Shown here: one piece after another, positions 1-13,250 of the stretch
Layout: each line of letters starts with the position of its first letter
Position numbering within the stretch: position 1 is the stretch's first letter
Source of the DNA: Camelus ferus
Taxonomy: Eukaryota
Assembly: GCF_009834535.1 (NCBI RefSeq)
Contig: NC_045697.1
Location: forward strand, 22,446,001 to 22,510,000
Length of the DNA stretch: 64,000 bases
Reading direction: 5' to 3'
Program-made: the position numbers and the translations under genes
Notes under the pieces: generated by a model
The model's input: the letters and a program-made list of their open reading frames with translations, nothing else
Databases searched by the model: none
What the model was told of the DNA's origin: nothing

Positions 1-134
1 TGGAAAGCAGTGTAGTCTCATTTAGTAACCCTGTCACTACCTTAGAGCAAATTGCACCCTTTTTTAGAATATTGAATTTATCAAATTTCTTTTTTGTTAT
101 TGTATGTATTCACTTCAGAGTCACTGAAGCAGAT

Positions 135-641
135 ACACTTTGTTGCCTGTCCGATAGCTCTCTCCTCCATTATTTCTTGTTTACACAACCCTGAATTTTT
201 CAAGAATCTATCCCACTAGATTGTGACCCTGTCCTTCTTTCAGGGGTCAATCCTGATGAATCCATTATAATCAAGTAATTATATTTCTCTTGCCTGTCAT
301 AAGTTTAGGAATGGGTATGGAATCAGATTTACTCAAGGTCATGTATAGAGACCCTTCTTGGATGACCCGTATAAATATGATAGAAGCCCTGAGCCCAGCA
401 GGCCCGTGGTCCTTGGCAGCCATTTTGTAACCATGAGTGGAATACACTTTTAGATTAAGCCAACATATGAGGTTGGCATAAAGACAATAGAAAGAAACTA
501 AGTCCTTGATAATGTTAGTAAACTGCTGAATTAACGTACCTTTGAATTTTTTTTAATGTGAGATAATACTTTTTCTTAGTGTTTAAATTAGTCAAGTTAT
601 GGTTTTCTATCACTTGCAGTTGAAATCAACCTCATTGATAG
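135..641 (+). mobile_element. Ancient MaLR solo LTR (MLT1K/L-like)
   Basis: gcagccattttgtaaccatgag...aagccaaca...gtccttgat...tgtgagataat...ttgcagttgaaatcaacctcattgata matches the MLT1J/K/L 3' end as I recall it. Confidence 0.7.
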
Positions 642-1849
642 AAACAATCAAGTTTTTCAGGGGGAAATGACAATCTATAGAAAATGCTAATTTCAAAGAC
701 AATTATTTAACAATTGTCATTGGAATCTGTGTTATCCTATTTCACAAAGTAAGTAGAAGACAGTGATAACTAGGCCCATTTGAGTTATATGGTCAAACAA
801 ATTTAGATTATATAGATCCCACAGTATTTTCTATAGGAAGTATCTTTACATAATACATTGTTCAAAATTTTATTAATTCTTAATAGATTTTTAGTTTATG
901 GAAAACCAGAAAAGTGGCATAGAATTTGAGAAAATAAATACTAAAACATTTTAAAATAGAATTTTGAGAAAACTTTTTTTTTTCATTTTTAGACATATCA
1001 GTGTTGGCATTATTCCCTCAATTCTTAATTTCCATGGATTAAATAAAAGGATTATCTTGAGTTTCGCAGAACTTTTGCCCAATTAAGACTTTTATAAGTG
1101 ATGCACAATTCCCTTTTAATCATGTTTTTAGAGCTACAAACTTGCATGGTTTTAACAAGTAAATTATCAACAGCTATACTATAGTTTCATTTTTATTCAT
1201 GTTTAGGAATCTTGATAACAATAAGCCCCTAAATCAGACGTTGCCTAACCATGAAATTTCTCAGACTAATTACATGAAGTTGTCAGTTGAAGTCACAGCC
1301 TTTGAAATTACCAAGGACATAACCCGAGATGGATTTGTTTTCTTTTAGCCTATAATTTTCTTATATCATTTTCAGTTATAATATTAAAAATGACAAATAT
1401 GCTAGAAAAGAAAAACTACTTATTTTTCTAGATGCAATAGTTTATAGCATTAATTCAGAAGTTGATTTTTACATTTCTGAGTAGATGTTTTCTGTTGATG
1501 TTACTGTGCCTAAGATGATGCCATGTAGACCTAAAGGAATATATGTTGCGTTTATACAGATAATATACCTAGTAGTCTTAATTTAATATTTCCACTTTTT
1601 GAAACATTTTAAAGGCAAAGAATTGGTAGACTCTTCCATTAATTGAATTATATTGAGAATTAATTATATTGAGTTAATTATTCGTATTAACTATAATTAC
1701 ATATGTATTATATCTCCAGCTATCTACCTGGCTATCTCAGACATGTTAAATTCTGAGGAACTAAATATATAATTTCAAAACATATGAGAGAACTCATCAA
1801 CGTAGGAATGAAAAAAACAAGCAAAAAATTAAAAGTGATTAAAGAATAT

Positions 1850-2130
1850 GATAATCACTATAAATAAACCAATGCAATGTCTTATGTCTCACTTTGATTT
1901 ATAAAGTAACAGGGGCTGGGAGTTAGGGAGGGGGTTGTACTTTGATAGGTTTTGAAGAGAAGACCCAGCTGTGGAAATGGTTATTTCTGGGGCCCAGATG
2001 ATATAAAGGAGATCGTGCAGGAGCAGAGGAATTGATCTAGGATGTGTGATCAGCACATCCAGAGACCTTGAAGCTGGAGAGGACTTGGTTCACCTGAACA
2101 TAAAGGAGTCCAGGGTGGATGAATCACAGT
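1850..2130 (-). mobile_element. L2 fragment
   Basis: Purine-rich decayed L2 3' region pattern (cagcacatccagagaccttgaagctggagagg). Confidence 0.45.
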
Positions 2131-2589
2131 TCTTATACTTCTATAAGAATCTCAATGCCTCTCTCTCTCTGTCATGCTCGCTCTTTCATTATAGAAATAA
2201 ATAAATGCAAGCCATACCAGTCTAGGTTTCCTATTTTTGTAATAACTGTATGGTTGAGGTGTCACGTTGAAATGAAGAGTGACTAGGGCTGGGCCAAGGG
2301 CATTTAGCTCCAGGCACTTCTAATCAAGCTCCAAATGCATGACCCCTTTCCCGTGTGATGCTTTCTCTTATGTCTGCCTTTCCCATTAATCTTGCATCCA
2401 TGTTTAAATTTATAACCTAAGTTATGTTTTTCTCTATGAGGCTTGCCAGGATTTTTTCCAGTGAATGCCTTGAGGAAAAAAGGGTTTTTTAAGTATGGTT
2501 AAGATTTGAGTCCAAAAGAAGATACGGACAAGATTTTACCTGTCACAATCTGGCAAATAGTATTCGGCACTGTGGTTTTTATTATTTCA

Positions 2590-2820
2590 AAGAGAGTATT
2601 AAATGCACCAGTTTTGGAGTTAGATGTGCCTGTGTTTCAATTCTGCTTGTGTCCCTCAGTTGCTGGGCGACCTTGTACAGGTTATTAGATCTCTCCCTGT
2701 ATTTTCTTCATCTTTATATAATCGTATATAGCTACTGTACAGGGGATGTATAACTAAAATGCCCAGTTTAGTACTTATTATAGAGACAAGGCTCAGGATA
2801 TGGTAGCAATTGCTTATCTT
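2590..2820 (+). mobile_element. MIR SINE
   Basis: ttggagttagatgtgcctgtgtttcaattctgc...tgggcgaccttgtacaggttatt...ttcttcatct, the MIR core. Confidence 0.7.
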
Positions 2821-3022
2821 GGCTATTCATCCTTTTTTTTTTCTAGACTATCCTGCAATTCCCCCAGGGCTTTTTCTCAATGTTTCAGTAGATGATCCAT
2901 TTCATAATAGCCAGGATATTGCAGCAATCCAATAAATGCTCTAAAAACATACTTTTTTTTCCAATAAAATTACTGGAATCCATTGGAATATTAAGCAAAT
3001 TGTTGATTCTTTCCAGGGAAGG

Positions 3023-3114
3023 GTGGAAACAAGTAAGACAAGTGGCCAAAAAATAATTATAAGCATACGTGGAAACAAGTAAGACAAGTGGCCAAAAAAT
3101 AATTATAAGCATAC
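3023..3114. repeat. Perfect 2 x 46 bp tandem duplication
   Basis: gtggaaacaagtaagacaagtggccaaaaaataattataagcatac at 3023-3068 and 3069-3114, identical. Confidence 0.97.
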
Positions 3115-3680
3115 AAATCAGAACTTTAATTCTATTAATTATTCAGTAAAAAGTTATTAAGTATCTATGCAACTAGAAAACTGGATTATTGTGTAAAATT
3201 ATTACAAAAATCTACTTGTTTCAGGTGAAATCATCACAGAGTAATGATGGACTTTTAGAACGTGTGTAAAAGTGTTTATTCCTTGATTTAAGAAATATAA
3301 TTGAGCACCTATGTGAACTCTGTATTGGGTAAACTACCATGACCTTGATTAAGGATGCATTCTGGTGGGGAAGAGCCCACCAGAATGGGCTATCTATCTG
3401 TCTGTCTATCTCATCCCCCCTTGGTTGAAACACAAATTTTGGTTGGCAGAGCTTTATATTATTAGGAAATTGGTTACAAGCATGGGCTAAGGTTGAATAA
3501 ATATGTAAAGTGATTGAAGATAAGCAAAGCCAGGTTTCTCATGGAAAAGGAGTTACTACACAGACGTGGAGGGGGAGGAGGGGCAAAAATAAACCTTGTC
3601 CTGTTGAATTTGAACTGGAGGTATCCATGAAAAATCATGGTTTTAGATGGATCTATCGATGGCTGGATAGATACAAATAA

Positions 3681-3701
3681 GTGTGTGTGTGTGTGTGTGT
3701 G
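3681..3701. repeat. (GT)10 microsatellite
   Basis: Direct reading. Confidence 0.95.
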
Positions 3702-4964
3702 CAGATATTCACTTAGCATATGTATTTTCTTTCTCTGTCAATTCGGAGAACTTAGAAGCAATGTTCACACTTAGCACTTTGACCTTGTTTTTTAAATGCT
3801 ATTCTCGACTAAAACAAACCAAGACTCTTTGGAGAAACAGCTGTTTCAGAACTAGAGAGGGAGAACAGCAGAAGCTAAGGAATGGCTCTCACAAAAAAAA
3901 TTAGATTAAAAAGACACAAAAACTGGCTTGAAGAGAATTCCATTGACCCAATTTGGGACAATTTAAGCGTCAAAATAAAGCAAGGTAGTAACATATCATA
4001 ACTCACTGTATGAAATAAGAATCTCTAAGGTCATACAAATACAGATTTAAAAAGAAACAAGTACATAAATACAATTTTAAAAGGAGAAGGGAATGCTTTA
4101 CTATACAATGGAATAATAATGAATAAATATAATTAATGGCAAGATTAGGAAACTATTGTTTGGAAATTATCATAGTAATAATTGTTTCAGGCAAGTAATA
4201 ATCAATGTTAAATCAAAGGGATAAAATTTTTACAAAGAAAAATATATTTTCTCAAAATGTATTTCACAAAATAATTATCAATTATTTACCAGTTAGAAAG
4301 TACAAAATCATTTTTAACTTTATAGTGGAGAAACTTTACAGACACTCTCATGCTTCAGAGATAAAAGTTAATCTTACCAACCATAGGACAGAGCAGCATT
4401 TGTGTCTCTTGTGTGATGCATTGAAAAGAACTCAGCAGCACCTCAATGATTTTCCTGATAAAAATACTAGATCTGGACATAACTGTGAGGAAGCATCACA
4501 TCAACTTGAATTGAGGGACATTCTACAAAGTGATTGGCCTGTAGATTTCAAAAATGTGAAGATAGCAACTGAGAAGGAAAGAGTGAAGACCTGTTCTGTA
4601 TTGAATAAAACTAAAGAGAATGACACCAGGTATAGCATGTGATGATGGATTAGATCCTGGACCTATGGGGGAAAATGACAGTTATGTTTAAATGGATTTG
4701 ATTGAAATGTATCATTGTTAATTTCCTGATTGGATTGTTCTGTTGTTGTGTAGGAGAGTGCTGTTGTATGAAATAGCCATTGAACTATGAAGGGATAAGG
4801 GGGCATCAGGTCGGCAAGTGACTCTCAAATGGTTCAGAAAAGAATTATGCATAAATATAGATGAGGGAATAATAAGGTAAAATGTGATAAAATGTTGACA
4901 ATTGGGGAATCTGGTTAAAGGGTATGTGGAAATTATTTGTCCTATGCTAATAACTTTTTTAAAA

Positions 4965-5730
4965 AAAAGAGTTTATTTTCTGGAGCCATTTTAGGTTCAC
5001 AGTAAGATTGGGCAGAAAGTACAGAGAATTTGCATATACTCCCTGCACAACCTCCCTGCATCACCATCCCCCACTAAAGGGGTACATTTGTTACAATGGC
5101 AGACCTACACTGACAGATCATTATCACCCAAAGTCCAGACTTTCCATTGGGTGTACTTTATATTACCTTCCATCTTGGTGTTCCAGTCCATCGGTTTTTT
5201 GACAAATGTCTGACATGTATCTACCATAATACTACCATGCAGAATAGTTTCATTGACCTAAGAATTATCTATTCTCTGCCTATTTATCTCACCATTCCCA
5301 AAATCTCTGGCAACCACTCATTTTTTTACTGTTTCCACAGTTTTGCCTTTTCCACAATGTCATGTAATTGGAATCATACAATTTGTAGCCTTTTCAGATT
5401 GGTTTTTTATTCTTAATCACATGCATTTAAAGTTCCTCTATGTTTTTTCTTGGCTTAATAGCTCGTTTCTTTTTAGAGCTGAATAATACTTCACTGCCTG
5501 GATATGCCATAATTTATTGATCTATTCACTAACTGAAAAACCTCTTGGTTGCATCCAAGTGTTGGCAATTATGAATAAAACTGCTATGAACATCTGTGTG
5601 CAGGTTTGGTGTAAATACAAGTTTTTGACTTCTTTGGGTAAATACCAAAGAGCATGGCTGGATCATATGGTAAAAGTATGTTTCGTTTTGCAAGAAACTG
5701 CCAAAGTGTCTTCAAAGTGGCTGTTTACTA
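4965..5730 (-). mobile_element. L1MC1-type 3' end nested in the older L1
   Basis: ttttaggttcacag...ggtacatttgttacaat...cattatcacccaaagtcc...ttggcaattatgaataaaactgctatgaacat. Confidence 0.85.
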
Positions 5731-5809
5731 TAATTCTATAATAAATTTTATTTTATTTCTAAATAAAAAGTTAAAACCCCAAACAAAAGGAGGTAAGTGA
5801 ACCAAAAAA

Positions 5810-6095
5810 GTCACTAAAATATGATCATTATCATGAGGTAGACACACTAAAGGCCACATGGCAGTGGGTATCTACTACAGAGAGATGCCAGGTGACCGAC
5901 GAGGAAATAGCAATACTGCTGAGTTCTGAGATATGAGGAGCTTAGCCACGTAAAAAGTAGAAGAGCCTCACAGAGAGAGGACCTAGCATATGCAAAGGGC
6001 CTGAGGCAGGAAAGAGGTAAGCATTTTTGAAGAAGTGAAAAGATTTAGTGCAGCTGGAGCCAGAACAAAACTGAAGTTGGAGAGAAAGGGAAGGC
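5810..6095 (-). mobile_element. L2 fragment
   Basis: agcatatgcaaagggcctgaggcaggaaagag...tgcagctggagc, a typical L2 motif. Confidence 0.65.
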
Positions 6096-6119
6096 AATGA
6101 TTAGAGCACAATGAATGGG

Positions 6120-6290
6120 GTCAGTCCTCTAGCAGGTGGTGACGTTAGACTGAGCCTGAGATGTTTCCTGCAATGACAACTTTGTTCGGCTTTTCCCTGT
6201 CCCCTGTCTTGCTTCTTCCATACCCTTACATAGACCATTTAGACTTGATTCCTTGGCTCACAGTAAGCTTTAGGGAGACTAATAAGTCAA
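6120..6290 (+). mobile_element. ERVL LTR fragment (LTR16/LTR33-like 3' end)
   Basis: ttttccctgtcccctgtcttgcttcttccatacccttaca...gctttagggagactaataagtca. Confidence 0.4.
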
Positions 6291-6654
6291 GCTTCCAATC
6301 CACTGCATAAAAATATATAGATAGCAGTGATACAATATTGTTTGGAGGTATCATTATAAAGTGTCAGAGAACATTACATGATTAATGAATCAGAGACTTC
6401 TTAATGTGAAGTCTATAGTAAGCTGGCTAAAAGACATAGAGTCATACAGTTTTACAGCTGAGAGAAGCACCTTTGAAATCATTTAATGCAAGCTTCTCAT
6501 TTTACCAATAAACTGAGGCTTGAGCAATTTGGGAATTCCTATCAAGTGCTTGTCAGAAAGGTCACATTTTATGACTCTCTAATCCTCTTTTTATGGAATA
6601 TAGCCTAAGTAAGTCATCATAAACTCAGTGATTTACGTATAGAGATTTTCATCT

Positions 6655-6995
6655 GACTATTATATATAACAGTAAAAAATTTGGAAGCCATCTAAATGTC
6701 CAAAATATGAGAAAGGATAAATACATTACAGAATGTGTGTTGGCATATTTATTCATATAATAAAATGGTACTCCAAAGGAATATTTAGGAGATGTGAAAA
6801 GGCTCCCAAGTTTAAATGGAAGAAAAGGATGTAAACAGGCACACTCATTAGAAGAAAAGAATAGAAGAAATATATCAAAATGTTAATAGTGGTTATCTCT
6901 AGGTGGGTGATTTATATTTTCTTTTTATACCATTATTCATTTTCAAAACTTTCCAGAATATGCATATATTACTTTTATCAGCATATATTAAAAAA
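6655..6995 (+). mobile_element. L1ME-type 3' end
   Basis: ttggaagccatctaaatgtcca...aaaatgttaatagtggttatctctaggtgg...atgcatatattactttt followed by an A run. Confidence 0.75.
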
Positions 6996-8229
6996 AAAAC
7001 AAGATTATAAATTGAGCCTTGTAGAATTAAAATGACATAGTCCAAGGTCAGAACATATCACTGCAGGGCTGGAAATCCAAGAATCTTGATTTTTAATCCT
7101 GGTTTATTTTTTGAAAATAATTTACCCCCACCAGTGGATTAGAGAAATTCAAAAGTGAGTTGCTTGTTTCACCATTATTTAGTAACTTCATGACATAGGT
7201 AAGGTCAGTGTTAAAGATCTAATCTTTTAGCTTCTCCCTTTCTGTCTTCCTCCATTTCTCCTTCTTCTTTTGCTTTTCCCTCCTCTCATTTCTTGCCTCA
7301 ATCTCCTTCATCAGTCTTCTCTACCAAGCTGCTTCATGCAGCAGAACACTTTTTTTTTTTTAAAGGGAGATGCCATCAGTAATTTTTCCCCTTAAGAGGC
7401 TACTTATGGACATTTTGGAAAAGGTATAGAACACTTTTCTTCTCTAAATTACAGTTTCAAGAGCCTGTCTTACTTAAACAAGCAAACATCCATTGCCATT
7501 GCTTGGTAGAAATGTATAAGGAGAAAGGCTGTGGTTGTCTCTGTCAAAGTATTTTTCAGAATTATTCCCTGAGAAGGAGGTAGATATATTTACACAGGGG
7601 TCAAGAGACTAATGGAAAGAAATTAAATATTTTTGATGTATGTGTTATGATTCTTTCCGCTGAGTTTTCACTTAACATTTGTGAATCTCAAAGTAAAACT
7701 ATAAATGGAAGTCCACTAGCAAATGCCTTAATCCTTAAAGGTTATAAATCAAGACAATAAATATCACACCCTGACAAATACGCCTTTGTGGAGACTGGGA
7801 AGGACAGGTTGAATCTAGACTTTGTAACACGTGGACAGAGCTAGCACACAGTTTCACCTCACTCCCTTTTCTTCCTAGTCACAGCTCCAAGGTCCACCAG
7901 GGATGACCCTGTGAACACAGACTGAAACCCAGGCCATGCATTTAAGTCAATCCACGCCCCCTCAGACAGCCTTTTCCTTGGTTATTCTTAAGTCTTGGGG
8001 TGTGACATGCATGACATGATCTACTTTTCAGAGAATGGTCTCAGAGAGGAGACCTCTGACGGTCTTAGAAGTTTGGGCTGTTTGGGAAGAGCTTTCTGGG
8101 GCTGAGGGACCCAGTCCTTGGCCCTGTCAACTCCTTGATCCACGGGTGAGATGTGGCCAGAAGAGGGCCAGAATGAGTTTTCTACTGGGTGGGACTCAGA
8201 GCAGAGTGAGTATCCCCAGGCTGATTATT

Positions 8230-9716
8230 TAAATTTAAATTTAAACCTATTACATTTATAACATTTTTTCCTATTTTCGAATTTATACACCTCCAAAATG
8301 AAGTATCCTTTGAATGCAGCTAACTCCTCTCTGTTTTCATTCATGACACTGAAACTTACGTCACTTCCCAATTTCAAGCACATCTCTAAAGAGTACTCGC
8401 TTATCATTATTTCTACTTCTTGTTCTTACATTTGCATCATCAAAACAAAATACTTGACAAATATTTTGAAACCTTGGATAGCTCATAATTTTGTTGCATA
8501 GAACATGCCATCTTCTTTGTTCCATAACTGCAAAACATTTTAATTTGTAGATTTATAAACAATATTTAAAATGACTTTGCCGATTATTTATTTTATTCCT
8601 AAATTATCTATTTCCTTTTAGCCTGTTTGTGTACTCACTTAAATTCAGCATTTGTCCACTTACAAACTTTGTCAAGTAAATGTTGGCACATGGACATCAT
8701 AAAAAAAAAAGAAAAAAACATCATATTTTCATCATAAAATTTTAATTAAAATTTCATCATAAAGATGAAAGAATGCTGTCTCATTATCTTTTAATAAAAT
8801 GGGATGGTCCAGGCAATTGTAACCAAACACCACATGATGAAGTTCTTTCTGTTGAATGACTGCCTAAAAAGGATGACACATTTTGTTTTGTTTTGTTTTT
8901 AGACATATATTTTCACACATTGAGTTTGAGAAAATTCATGCAAGGCATCATTATCTAAAGGCACATAGTCTGAAATTTCATTTATATAATTGATTTCACC
9001 AACCGTAGAATCTAGGCTAGGCTCAGTGCTTTCTGTGTTTTGCATTCATCTTCTGACTCATCTAATTATTGTAAAATGTCTTCTACTGATAAAATTTACT
9101 TTTCTTTGACTATAAGAGCAGAAAATAACAAATTGTAAATTTTAACTGTGTTCAATGAAAGCCGAAAAGCAGACCACAAATAACCGTGCTTCCAACCTTT
9201 TTTTTAATGGCTTGTGGAAAGCTGATGCAATGCTTCAGGCTATGTAATAAGAACACTTAAAAATGTGGAAGTAGTGGTCACTTACATCACTTGTGTCTTT
9301 TTTTCTAAGGAACTACATCATTCTGTTTTCCTATTGTTTTAGTCTACTCTAGCAAAACTGGGAATAATTTATGAGTAATGATTAAATGGTAACAGTAATG
9401 ATTAATAGCAATGTTTACCAGTTTAAATAGCAAATAAGATGATGAAGTAGAAAAAAGTGTTCCAACATATAGAAAAAACATCACTAAGATCTCATAAATG
9501 TATCACAGATTTATGCAAGGTATAAAGAATCCTTACAGTAATTTGCAAAGTAAACTTAATTTAATTTTATTCTATGAAAAATAAGCAATTATTTTCTTCA
9601 AAAACCTTTAAGAAAAATAAAATTCATGAAGTATCTATTCTTACAAATAGAACTACTGGAAAAAGAAAAAGATAAATGAAAATTGGGGTCAATGGATCTT
9701 AACATTATCTTGAGGG
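8230..9716 (-). mobile_element. piggyBac DNA transposon fossil (Looper-type), near full length
   Basis: Minus strand starts TTAA|CCCTCAAG (TTAA at 9717-9720). Decayed transposase reads ..VEDILQ*LDESEDECK.., ..LDKVCKWTNAE.., ..VLQLWNKEDG.., ..FDDA.., ..EELAAFKG.. (piggyBac DE(Q)LxxFKGR catalytic motif; ORF 8225..8407). Confidence 0.85.
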
Positions 9717-9849
9717 TTAATGATCTCCACTGATTTGCAATTTGCAAAATAAGATGTAGAGACTTCACTGGAAAACTTACCATGACAATTGGAGGTCTGT
9801 AATTAATGACTCAAAACTGAGTCTGAAATATATTTTAGTGTAATAACCT

Positions 9850-10750
9850 TAAACATTTTTTGGAAAAATTTTAAAAACTATGTAACCCCTGTGAGCATTT
9901 TGAACTTGTCATACATACATTTTAAAATCATATGTTTAAAGAATTTTCAAATGATATAACTTTTAGAATTTATAAATATTTGATATTTCAAATAAAATGT
10001 TACATCACTCTTCAACTCTAGCCAATAGAATATAAATGACACAGTAATTTGATTCCTTCTCTATCTTTTTAGAAATGTAAAAAAATTCTGCCTTAAAATT
10101 TAGAAATATGAATTCTTTTTCCTTTCCCCTTTAACTAGCTTTTTCTCTCCATTTTTCTCATTAAATTTAGTTTAAATTTTATGTTAAAGATCTTTCATTA
10201 ATCATCCTTTTATTCTTCTTGGTAGCTATGTGTGCATATGTAATTAAATTTATTTCAATAATAGTTAGCATTTACTCCAAGTGTTATTTTATTTCCTTTT
10301 ATTACTAAAGAAATTATTACTATAATCAGTTGATTAAAACATCATACAAATATCACATGTTTTCACAAAAAATAAAATTAAGATTTCATTGCAGTGATTC
10401 TCTTAATAATGTTGGTGGATTTGGGATTTACATTATTTTGATTAAAGCTATAGGGAAATATTTCTTTTCAGAAAGTACAATTTGAATGCATGCACTTTTC
10501 AGAATATGTCCTGGGAATACTTTCATTTATTTAGAGCAAAAGAGAAGGGTGATAGTTTATAAGCAGCCTTGATGTGCTTTTTAAGGCTTATTTAATAAAT
10601 GTAATAAAGTGTTTGATGTTACTTCCTCAATACCAGTCACCTTCTGCAGAGAAACTAATATGAGCTTGTGGTTCAATTCAGCATGAATATTGCATAGTAG
10701 TTATCTTGAGAAACTGGCAGATCTGTCTTAAACTTATGTTGTTATAATAT
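9850..10750. mobile_element. hAT-Charlie element remnant (MER113-like)
   Basis: ctatgtaacccct...ataaaatgttacatcactctt...ccaatagaatataaat resembles MER113; the right boundary is uncertain. Confidence 0.5.
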
Positions 10751-11312
10751 TAATGGTCCAAAAAATATTACCTGAAAAAATGGAAAATAGACTGTGAGCT
10801 TCACCTATAGTCTTATTTACAATGATTTGTATTTTTACATTCATTTCCACATAACTTAATGGTATGATTTTAATGTTACTAATTCCTTTTTTAAAATTTT
10901 ACATTAAAAATCAGTTATTCTTATTAAAAGAGCAGATTTAAATGTTGATCAATATGACTATCTTCATGATTTTCAGTGACTAGAAAAAAAAATCAGCTAC
11001 AGTTATGTCAAAAATTATTTGTAATAGCAATGTTTTTTTCTTTTTTAATCTACTAAAGTTGCTGGAAATTTAGTCTATTTTATTAGAACTTGCTTTCTTT
11101 AAAGTATTGTACTTTTATATAAAATAAAATGTTTGTTGTGTTATTAAATTTTATTTTTTGAAGTGGAACACCAAGGTAAGTGTATGCATGCCTAAATATT
11201 TACATAGGTCTTTACATTCTTGAGTATATACATTGATGTGAAATTTCAGAAGTAAGCACATTATTTATTGTATTATTTACTAAGCAAATACCGACATCTA
11301 TTATTATGATTC

Positions 11313-11815
11313 ACTGGGCAGAATAAAGGCCCTATTTTCTGAAACATATGGATATGTTACTGCACATGGCAAAGGAACTTCATAGGTGTCATCAAGGCTA
11401 CAGATCTTAAAATGGTGAAATTACCCTGGATTATCCATGTGGGTTCATTCTAATGATATGAGTCCTTAAAAGCAGAGAACATCCCCAGTTGTGGTCAGAC
11501 ATAGATGCAACAACAGAAAATGGGTCAGAGAGAGATGATGTGGGAACCGCTGGACCTGTATTGTTGCTAGCTTTAAAGATGGAAGAAGAGGCTGGAAAGA
11601 AATGCAGGCAGCTTTTTGAAGCTGAAAAGGGCATGGAAATGGATTGTCTCCCTAGGGTCTTCAGAAAGAAACACTCTCTACCAAGACTTTGATTTTGGTC
11701 CTGTGAAACCCATGCCATATTCCTGACCTCCAGAACTTTAAGGTAATATATTTCTGCTGTTGTAAGTCACTGAACTTGGGATAGTTTGTTACAGCAACAA
11801 TAGAAAATTAATGTA
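11313..11815 (+). mobile_element. MLT1D-like solo LTR
   Basis: atatgttactgcacatggcaaag...ctggattatcc...ctttaaagatgga...tcctgacctccagaact...tttgttacagcaacaatagaaaattaat. Confidence 0.88.
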
Positions 11816-11948
11816 TTTATGATAATGTTGGATTGAATAATAAAAGACATTTATTTCACCTGTTATCCAGTAAAATGCACAAATTTTGGGGAATCCCCCC
11901 AAAAAGTGTATAAAAGAAATAATACTGGTTTTTTTGGACCAGTCTTTC

Positions 11949-12044
11949 ATTGACAAGTGCCACATTTCCCTGTGCTCAATAGTTTCTTTACAAAATTGTC
12001 TAATCTTATTAACAGCATTGTAGATTTCTTACACCAAATAAAAC
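11949..12044 (+). repeat. 96-bp dispersed duplication, copy 1
   Basis: 91/96 identical to 22442-22537, same orientation, no indels. Confidence 0.95.
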
Positions 12045-12436
12045 GTTATTAATATCACAATAGAATGCATAGGTTAATAACACAATTCTGTTAACAATGG
12101 CAACAACAAAAAATAACTTTTCAGTATCTGACAGAAATTGAACCAAGGTATGTGTTAGAAAGAAGAATATGCATGCAGGTTATTTTAGGTGCTCTGCATG
12201 CATGATGAAGCTTTGCAAATGTGTTTCTAAAGCAAATTTCACCTGATAGAAGGAATTGTGAAACCACAGACTAAGCCTTTGTTAACAATTTAGAGACGTA
12301 GTCCTCTCACACATTTCTTTTTGCTTTCAGCATTATCATTGCTTATATTTTCCATAAAATCTCAAAAGTAATGTAATGATCTAAAGATGATGATATCACA
12401 CAAAGGGAGAAAAATCTTTAATAATTATTTTAGCTC

Positions 12437-12979
12437 TGTATTATTTATATATTTCTGTGTAAATAATCACCCTAAAATTTAGGAGCTGAAATGACAATCA
12501 TTTATTGTTTCATGTAGTCTGTGGGTCAGAAAATACAGATACCACTCAGTGGGGTGCCTCTGTGGAGCTCGTGATCTCTTCTGAGGTTGTTGCTGGGATG
12601 TTGGCCAAAGCTGCTGTGTTATCTCAGAATTTGATGAGCTGAAGTATCTGCTTTCAGGCAGGTGCTATTGGCAGGATTCAATTCCTTGTGGACTATTAAA
12701 CCACTGTTAAGGCCTCAGCTCTTTCCCATCATGCAGAGGCCTCTACATTGGGTTCCTCAAAACATGGTAGGTTCCCCCAGTCTAAGCAATCCAGATGGAG
12801 CATGAAAGCACCAAATATGGGAGTCAGAGTCTTTACAATCTAAACTTCAGTGTGATGTCCCATCGCTCCCACCATGTTCTATTGGAATTGAGCCCACACT
12901 CAAAAGGAGGAGGTTAAGAAAAGCACAAATGCTGTGAGGCAGGGACCATTAGAAGCCATCGTAAAGGTTGCCTACCACA
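12437..12979 (-). mobile_element. MLT1F-like solo LTR
   Basis: tgtatta...tctgtgggtcag...ttggcaggattcaattccttgtgg...gcccacactcaa...gcctaccaca. Confidence 0.8.
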
Positions 12980-13250
12980 AGAACTCTTCAGAGTGAATGC
13001 TTTTTGTTAACTCTTTTCAGTGAATAAAGATTCCTGTTCAAATAGTATGCCTTCACTGATTCCTTTATTGCTTTGTGAGGAATGGGAGATTTTAGGAGTA
13101 GACAGGGAAGGTCAATGTACATGACAAATATAGAAATGTGATCTTATTCAAAATCATACCGACTGAAGGGAACTATAGTAAAGTACTTCCCAGAATGAAT
13201 TATTCCTGAAATGAAGTTCATACGTCGTACAGTGAATTAACCTCACCTTG

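Larger units (their letters stand above)
3480..5777 (+). mobile_element. L1MC3/L1MC4-type 3' end, interrupted at 4965-5730
   Basis: gccaggtttctc..., ttgagggacattctacaa, ggcatcaggtcggcaagtgactctcaaatggttcag, ggggaatctggttaaagggtat; terminal aaataaaaagttaaaa resumes after the nested L1. Confidence 0.8.

Noticed and set aside
3023..3114. CRISPR-like direct repeats
   Set aside because: Only two abutting units, no spacer, no cas genes, mammalian context.
4205..4642. Longest ORF (145 aa)
   Set aside because: Lies wholly in an L1MC 3' UTR; no recognisable protein features.
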